From NCBI GenBank assembly GCA_039096225.1, contig JBBPEB010000015.1, forward strand, positions 1,302,001-1,366,000: a stretch of DNA of 64,000 nt. Reading direction: 5' to 3'. Positions 56,106 to 64,000 of this stretch are shown one piece after another. This DNA is from Blastocystis sp. Blastoise. Its lineage: Eukaryota > Protista > Bigyra: Opalinata. A model generated the notes under the pieces. That model was not told where the DNA came from. It searched no databases and saw nothing but the letters and a program-made list of their open reading frames with translations. Every line of letters starts with the position of its first letter. Positions within the stretch are counted from its first letter, which is position 1. The position numbers and the translations under genes were made by a program.

Positions 56106-57285
56106 ATCTACAATTATATTTCTTTACTACTATAACAGATCAACTAATTATTTAATAAAATAAATACTATTTACTTTATAATCTAATAAAATAGAAACTG
56201 TTTGTTTTTCTTTCAAGACAAAGGAATCATTTGTCTTATCCATAATTCTATTGAAATAATCGCAAATATCATAACTTTTTATCCATACATTCTTCTTTAT
56301 CCAACGAGATAACCAATCATTTCACTTGAAAACGAGAAACCATAGAAAAATGAGAAACTTCTTCTTTTCCTCTTTGTTTCTCAATACCTTCTTTTTGGTT
56401 CTTTTTATCTTTAACCGATCTCTTCTTTAATGAGTAATCTTTTCATTCAATCACATTAAAATCAAATATATAATTGCATATCCAGTCATTATATTACTTC
56501 TGTCATACACCATTTATTTTTCTTTTGTCATTTTACTAAAATTGATTTGTTTCTCTAATTTTTAAGTATATATATTATAAATCATCATAACCATTCTATC
56601 CATATTTCTTTGATCGATTCAAAGAATGAAAAATTACGTGGCTTTTCATTTTTGTACGTTTTATACAACAATACATAATTGTAAAATAAGTTATAGTTCA
56701 CACCATTTCACATCCTATAAATTCAGGGTAGAACCCATTCTAGAAGTGAATGTAACAAACAACTATAGCTATACACTCAGATTTTAACTAAGAATACACT
56801 TATTATATTTTTTTAAGTCATACATTCTATAAAAATAATAAAAATTAGCCAATAGAGACATTTTAAGCATATTCATTTCAACTAATGTAAATGTTTTTTG
56901 TTTATTTTGCTTTTCTATTGTTTTATAGATATACAATCAATCTAGGAAATACTAACATTATATCAAACCTATTATTTATTTTAATAATATTAATAGATAT
57001 AATACAATTATCACATCAAAAAGAATTTTAGATATAAATTAAAGATTCTATATCCTATACAATAATAATGAATAAGTGTTACTTTTAAAAAAACATGATG
57101 GAGGAAAGAAAAGAATAAAAATAAATGAAAAAAAAAGTTCATTTTTAAAAACAAAAAAAAATACTGTAGTTTTGGAAATTCCCAAAGAATCATCAGAAAA
57201 AGTGATTCATAAAAATGAAAAAAAAAATTAAACACTAAAGAATAAGACTATTCTTATTTGTGTATGAATTATTCTGAAAAGAATT

Positions 57286-58261
57286 ATGTATAAAGTACGA
57301 TTCATTCATTTTATAATAGCGTCTTATACTATCATTTCTCTAGGAGAATAATAATCCATTTCTTCCAGACATTGAAGTTTATGAGTCGGAGTATATATTA
57401 TTTCACCTATTCTATCTTACTTATTTGAAACTGTTTGTGTAGTGCAAATATAAATTTTGTAACGTCTACATTTAGAACTGCAACTCATCCTAAAGTCTGC
57501 TTATTTCATGTTTTATTCAAGGTAAGTATCTGAATGTTCTTAGATATCTATGTTTTCTTATAATTAATATATAGATATGTATTGAATTTTTCTAATTCTT
57601 CATTATTTATAGGGTCTCTCCTTATTTTATTATTTGTTTTGTACATTCTTTTGCAATAACTTTATAATAAATTTTGTTGTTTTAATCTTGTTGTTTGCTG
57701 CAGACTTCTGGGTAGTAAAGAATATATCAGGTCGTTTATTAGTTGGACTTCGTTGGTGGAGTTTATCTAATTCTGATGGAGTATCCGAATGGCAATTTGA
57801 AGCTATAGACGTAAGTCATTTATATTAAACTATTATAATTATTATAAACTATTATAATTATTATAAACTATTATAATTTTTATATACTATTATATTGTAT
57901 TAAAAACAATTATATTGTATGAAAAAATTATTATATTGTTTTTTATTATATACTATTATATTATAAACTATTATCATTATTATATACTATTATAATTATT
58001 ATAAACTATTATATACTATTATATTATATTGCTTCAATATATATAGGATCCTAATCTTATTGGTCCATCAGATTATCGTATATTTTGGTTTACAACCATT
58101 GGATTTCCTATTATATGGATTCTCTTTACTCTACTCAATGTTTTAAAATTTAAATTTGATTGGCTTATTGTCGATTGTATTGCTTTGATCTTAAGTGGAA
58201 CCAACTGCTATCTATATTATCAGGCGTCAAAAGGTATTTTATGAAGCGTATTATAATAATA

Positions 58262-58294
<33 letters not shown>

Positions 58295-58482
58295 ATTATT
58301 ATTATTATTATAATTATTTTCTGTGATATAAAAATAAAAACAAATTATATTATATATTATGTATAGCTTCGAAAACTAAAGTTACTCCAGTTAATTTCTT
58401 GCCTGCAGCATTTACAGAAACAGCAATCAAAAGAATTGGTCAAATTGCTTTACAAGCTGCTAATATTGGTCAAACAAATTAA
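57286..58482 (+). CDS. TVP23: Golgi apparatus membrane protein TVP23/FAM18, 6 exons
   Basis: [41 protein letters not shown]. Confidence 0.93.
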
Positions 58483-58958
58483 TTCTATTTTAAACAGTAT
58501 TATATTATATTATTATTTTATGAAGTTATTTATCTGTGTCAAATTGAATCCACTTTGAATTGTTATAAAGTTTCATTCTATTTCATTATAAAATATATAT
58601 TTAAATCATTCAAACAATATCGATGTCAGTTCTGATTGTATAAATTCAAATAATTTCATGTTGTTAAAAAGACATAAATAAATAGTATATAACAATAAAA
58701 CAACAACTCATAAAGAATCGATAAGTTTCACAAATTAGAAAAATAATAATGAATTTAAAAATAAAAACTTTATATAAAGATCAGAAAAATTATTAAAAAA
58801 AAATATTTTAAACGAAAAAATCTCATAATAAATGATAAAATAAAAAGAATAATGAATAATAGGAAGAAAACATATAAATGAACCATAAATAACAAGAAGA
58901 AAAGATAATATAAGTATATAAAAAATAATGAGTTTATTATAATTATAGAAAAGAAATA

Positions 58959-61900
58959 TTAAAGGGTATTCTTATTATTAATATTTTCAGGAATATCATA
59001 TGTATTCACATGTTTACTTGTAAAGTCATTAATAAACTGTTCTATCACTTCTATTTGACCAGTTAGAATCAATATAAAACCTAAAATAAGAACAAATAAA
59101 CTTGAGCAAATAGAAAAGAGAAAAACTTTCTTAGAAAAAGTCATTGGTCTTTTCATTGTATGAACACTATCAAGATTTCCAATTAATGTTACAGAAGAAA
59201 ATAAAGCTTCTTTCTTTCTTAATACATTACCAAATTCCTTTCTTGTCAGTAATACTTCTACAGCTTCTTTTACTCCATTTACATATACATTTTCTACCAT
59301 AATAGTATAATGTACTAATACATTTTCATACATTTCAGATTCTTCTTGATTCATCGATTGTTTCATTACTGTATTCATTATAATCTTTTCATCACTATTT
59401 ATAGAACCTTCAATAGAATCTGTATTTCCTTTAATTGTTTCTGAATCAGAAGTAGATACAACAGCACCTACAATACCTTCATCATCATCAGTTCTCTCAG
59501 AAACAACAACACTTGCTTGAAGGTCTGTTGTGTCTGAAATTAATTCTACATATTCAACATATATATTTCTCGTCTCTACACCATATCGTAATAAGAATTC
59601 ACCTAAAGTATATCGCGTCAACTCTTCTATTTCAGGAGTAAAGGTCTGCTTAGGGAAATGATGATACTATATATATATATAATTAAACATAAGTTTTCAT
59701 TATTTTATAAATTTTACTATATATTATATAGAAAAATAACAATAATAAAAATTAAAAAAAAAACATAATAAATAATTTAATAAATCATTAATAAAAAAAA
59801 ATACTAATCAAAATAAAACAAATAATAATAAATATATATATATATACTGCCATATCAAATCGTATAAGAGAGAAATCTTGTTTGGGTGATATATACCCAT
59901 AAGAGTTAATACATCTTGATCTATCTTCATTCATCCATACATAGGTTTTCTCTTCTTCACTATATCCACAATAACGAGACATAACACCTCCTTCTCCTGC
60001 AGGACAGAATACATATACTTTATGACCATATTCTGTTTCTGGCCAAGGATATTGATAAGGACATGAAGGTAATAAAACAGTTAACGTAAATATATACATA
60101 GTTTGTTTCTCTAGATTACTTAAAGTCATTGTATATACACTAATTGAAGTAGGAGTTAATGGTTTACCATATATACTACAAGTTTCTTCATTAAAATATA
60201 ACCCAGTAGGTAATTGTGGAGTTAATGTACAAGAAGTAACTAAACCTACATAAGAAGGCTTCAAATCATTTATAGAAGTACCTTTATATAACTCAACATG
60301 ATCATTTTTAAAATGAATATTTGTTGGTGTTCTTAATGTACAATAGTTTTCTATTAATCCCCATTGACCTGTTATATTATTTGTTGATAAACATAATCTT
60401 TGTTGATATCCTACATAATAATTAGATACAGGACAATTAATAACAGCTGATAATCCTGAATCTATTGATGGCCAATAACCATCAGAAATACATAATTGTC
60501 GAGAAATATCAAACGATAATGTTGTAGATATCTCTCCAGCTTCATTACCTACTAAAATCTTATAAGTATATACTCCAGATTTTAAATTAATATGACCATA
60601 TAAAGCTGCTGTTGAATTCTCTAAAAGGATTCCTGAAGGTAATTCAGGAATAGATTTTGCATATCGAATTGATCCATCTATTGTAGGAGTAATTGTAGGA
60701 ATATCCATATTAGATCTAAAATAATATATTTGTTGTTCATAATGAATCCTTTGAGGAGGTAACATAACACAATGATTAATAATATCACTCCATCCTCCAG
60801 CAAATGTTTCATTTGGTTCTAAACATATTCTCTTCATAGATCCTTTATAATGCTCTTTATCAAAACAATCTAAAGTAATTACTGTAGAAGCAGGAGAAGA
60901 AGGCCATACAGTATCTTGTTCACAATTAAAAGAACTAACTTTTAATGTTAATGCCTTTGTAACACTTCCTCTGGAATTCATAGCTTTCACAGAGAAATCT
61001 ATATTATCAAGAAGTTCTACAGGAGATCCTGAAATAATACCTGAAGTAGCATCCATAGATATACCTAAAGGAAGAGTACCTGTAGTAATAAAAGAAGACA
61101 CACGACCATGATATGATGGATAAAATGTATATTTACTACCAATGTAAATAGTAGATGGGAAATTTATATATGTTAAATTTGTAGGAGGTTTTAATTCACA
61201 TTGATCTACAATAGGTGCCCAACGAGGAGGAGAAATATCTTTACATCGACGACGTCTATGGCCCGTGAATATATCAGGATCTTCACATGCTATATAAGCA
61301 AATTCACCTGGGATTGTATCTGGCCAATTTCCTTCTCTTTCACAATATTCAGTAACTAACTCAATAGTAATATTTGTAGATACTTTATATAAGTCATTCT
61401 TTGCATAAATCGTATACATCTGTTTATCATCCATATTTTGTATAGATCCACTAATATCACCAGTAGTATCATCTAATTCTAACACTTTCATTGGAGGAAC
61501 AGACATCCATTCATCAACATGACCAATAGAATAAGCCTTTAAATAAACAGGAACATTTTTCATAATACGGAAATATCCACTATCATAAGATACATTACGA
61601 GGAGGTAATAATTTACATTCATCTACAACATCTAAGAACATAGGAGGATTTCCTATATTACAAAGACGTTTACGAGAACCAGTATAAGAGATAATATCAG
61701 TACAAGGAAGAGTAGCTTCAAATCCAGCTTCTGTAAGAGGCCATTCTCCATCAGCCAAACAAGGTTCATGATGAATATTAATAGTAATAGAAAGGGTTGC
61801 ATTTCCTTGTGAATTCATAAATGTAAATATATATTCTGTCTTTGCAGATAGTCCTGATGGTTTTCCTTCTAAAGCAAATGTTTTACTATTAATATGTATA

Positions 61901-64000
61901 CCATGAGGAAGGCTAGGAGTGACAGAAACATCATCAATATATCCTTTATAGGATAGTTTAATATCATGAAGAGCAACATGACGATAAAAGATAAAGTCAG
62001 TTTTAGGATAAGAAAGATCATAAGGAACTTTATATACACATTTATCAACAATAGGTCCCCAAGTAGGAGGATCTGTATCTAAACAATTACGAGCTAAATG
62101 ACCCTCATAAATTTCAACGTCTGCACATGTATGATAAGCAAATGAATTCACATTTATACTCTCCCACTCATCTATATAAATAAGTTTGATATATATATAT
62201 AGTTAACATATATATATTATGTAATTATATTATATAAATTTATATATTATGAATATATATTATATATATTATTTAAAAAAAAAATATACTATTTTTATAT
62301 ATATTTAAAATATTATTAAAATAAATATTTAAATAATAGAATATAATGATTAATAGAATAATATATACCTTCTTGTTTACAAACAGGAATAAATGTTTCA
62401 ATATCTAATTTAGTATCAATTTGTCCACTAGGATTTTTAATTGTTAAAATATACTTTGTAAATGGGAATGCGCTTAAAGGTGTACCTTGTATAACTCCTG
62501 TAGCTGTATTAAGTTCTAAACCATCAGGAAGTTTAGGTTCAATACTAAATCGAGGATCAACAGCAGTATATAGAGGTACAATAGGAGTAATAACAGTATG
62601 TACACGGAATCTAAATCGAGTATCTTCATATTCAAATTTACTTGGAGGATAAGGTACACATAAATCTTCTTCTTCTTCAAAAATACCTTGTCTACAGAAA
62701 CGTCGTTTAACACCACTATAACCATTTATACATGGAAGTGTACTATATGTTCCTGATTTAACAGAATCATAATCACCTACTGCATCACATGGATTCTCTA
62801 AACGTTCAACAAATAATTCAAAGGAACTAATAGATAGAGAAGAGGCACGACAATTCTTATTAGTAACAGTTGATTTATAACAAGCATCTATGACAATCTT
62901 ATAAGCATTGAAACTATTCTCATTGGATATATCATAATATTTAGTAAGTTCACCTTCTTTCCATATAATATCTGTTTGTTTATCGAGAAGTATCCATTGT
63001 TTAGTATTATTATGATTATAGGATTCATCATTCATATCAATACTATTAATAACAGGATCTTTCTTTCGATTAATCTCTTGGTTTGTTGCATATAATCTCC
63101 AACTAGAAGGATTATGATTAATACATTTTGAATTACCTTGTATACTATAATGATTAATATATTCTCTTCTTTGATTATGATAAAGCCATCCAATTTCAGA
63201 GCCAACACATTGTGATGTAGTAACAAGATTATCAGTAATATGATCATCTAAATATGAAATCACTTTATCATCAATAGCTCGATATACAATCTTCTTCGTA
63301 ATAATCTCTTGAGCTGTATCAGGATCAAGTTCTTTCAAATGTTGTTCATATAAATAACGACCCCAAGGTTCAGCATCTTGTAGACGTTCACTATGACCTG
63401 GATAGCCTTGAATATATATATCAAAACATCGTTTTACATCTGTAAGAGACTTTACATGATCATCCCAATATAATTCTACTGCTATTATATTTAATCCTTC
63501 ATGAATAGCTGATATATCTAATCCAGCAGTATAATAATGTGTGATTTCTTCTCCGGAATCATCATCATGCATATGAACATGACGTTCATGATTACCATCT
63601 TCTTTCAAATGATAACGAATTAATTCTTTACCATTAACAAATACTATTAAACCTGAATGTTGAGGAACATCTATAGCAAATTCACAAATACTATAGAAGT
63701 CCATACTTTCTATAGTAAATGTATTACGATAATACATAACTTGAGGTGTTGAATATGCACAAGTAGATTTCGAATAAGATTCCCAACCATCAATATTTTC
63801 AGTATCTGTTGTCCATTCTTCTGAAGGAGCAGTGGATGACTTCCAAAAGCCCCAAGCACTATTACTACGAAGTAAATATCCAAGATTTAAATCAATAATC
63901 TTAGGAGATTCACCCTTTTCAATAGTACCTTGTTCTACTTTAATATCATTCGTTGTAATCTTATAAGTAAATGTATTCCAACCAGCATTATTCTGGTCAC
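58959..64000 (-). CDS. Large surface adhesin/receptor-like protein (5' part outside window): jelly-roll/discoidin-like domains, alternating Cys modules and putative-Ig (He_PIG-like) repeats, SEA-like domain, C-terminal TM
   Basis: Repeats of LP.G..L...TG.I.G.P and C..DG.WP.T..G..A...C......G...R.C......W......C. TM VFLFSICSSLFVLILGFILIL. GT-AG introns near 59670-59847 and 62173-62367. Confidence 0.82.

Overview
Very AT-rich, intron-dense eukaryotic nuclear DNA. It most likely comes from an anaerobic protist with a mitochondrion-related organelle; a low-GC Blastocystis or opalinid-like stramenopile is my inference, from the organelle-targeted PFO and the Ig/Cys-repeat surface proteins. I assembled 15 spliced genes by hand (about 110 introns, mostly GTATAT...TATAG, often filled with microsatellites). 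They are exportin-7, a sterol/DAG O-acyltransferase (MBOAT), a BTB-TLDc protein, GPD1, a DOCK-like GEF, pyruvate:ferredoxin oxidoreductase, a giant MIB-HERC2/HECT E3 ligase, PABPN1, a polyQ protein, a TPT-family transporter, two related Cys-module receptor-like proteins, ketopantoate reductase, a nucleoredoxin-like gene and TVP23. Main observations: (1) at least 5, and up to about 10, introns have non-GT-AG ends, and in each case the odd base equals the base of the spliced mRNA, which points to either an RNA-polishing artefact or cDNA-templated change. (2) One intron has clear U12-type signals. (3) The nucleoredoxin gene is nested antisense inside the last intron of ketopantoate reductase. (4) GC-rich hairpins with G-U pairs lie upstream of genes, and two of them share a 15-nt motif. 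(5) The PFO has an altered substrate pocket and the DOCK lacks its catalytic valine. Most short ORFs in the supplied track are intronic microsatellite artefacts.
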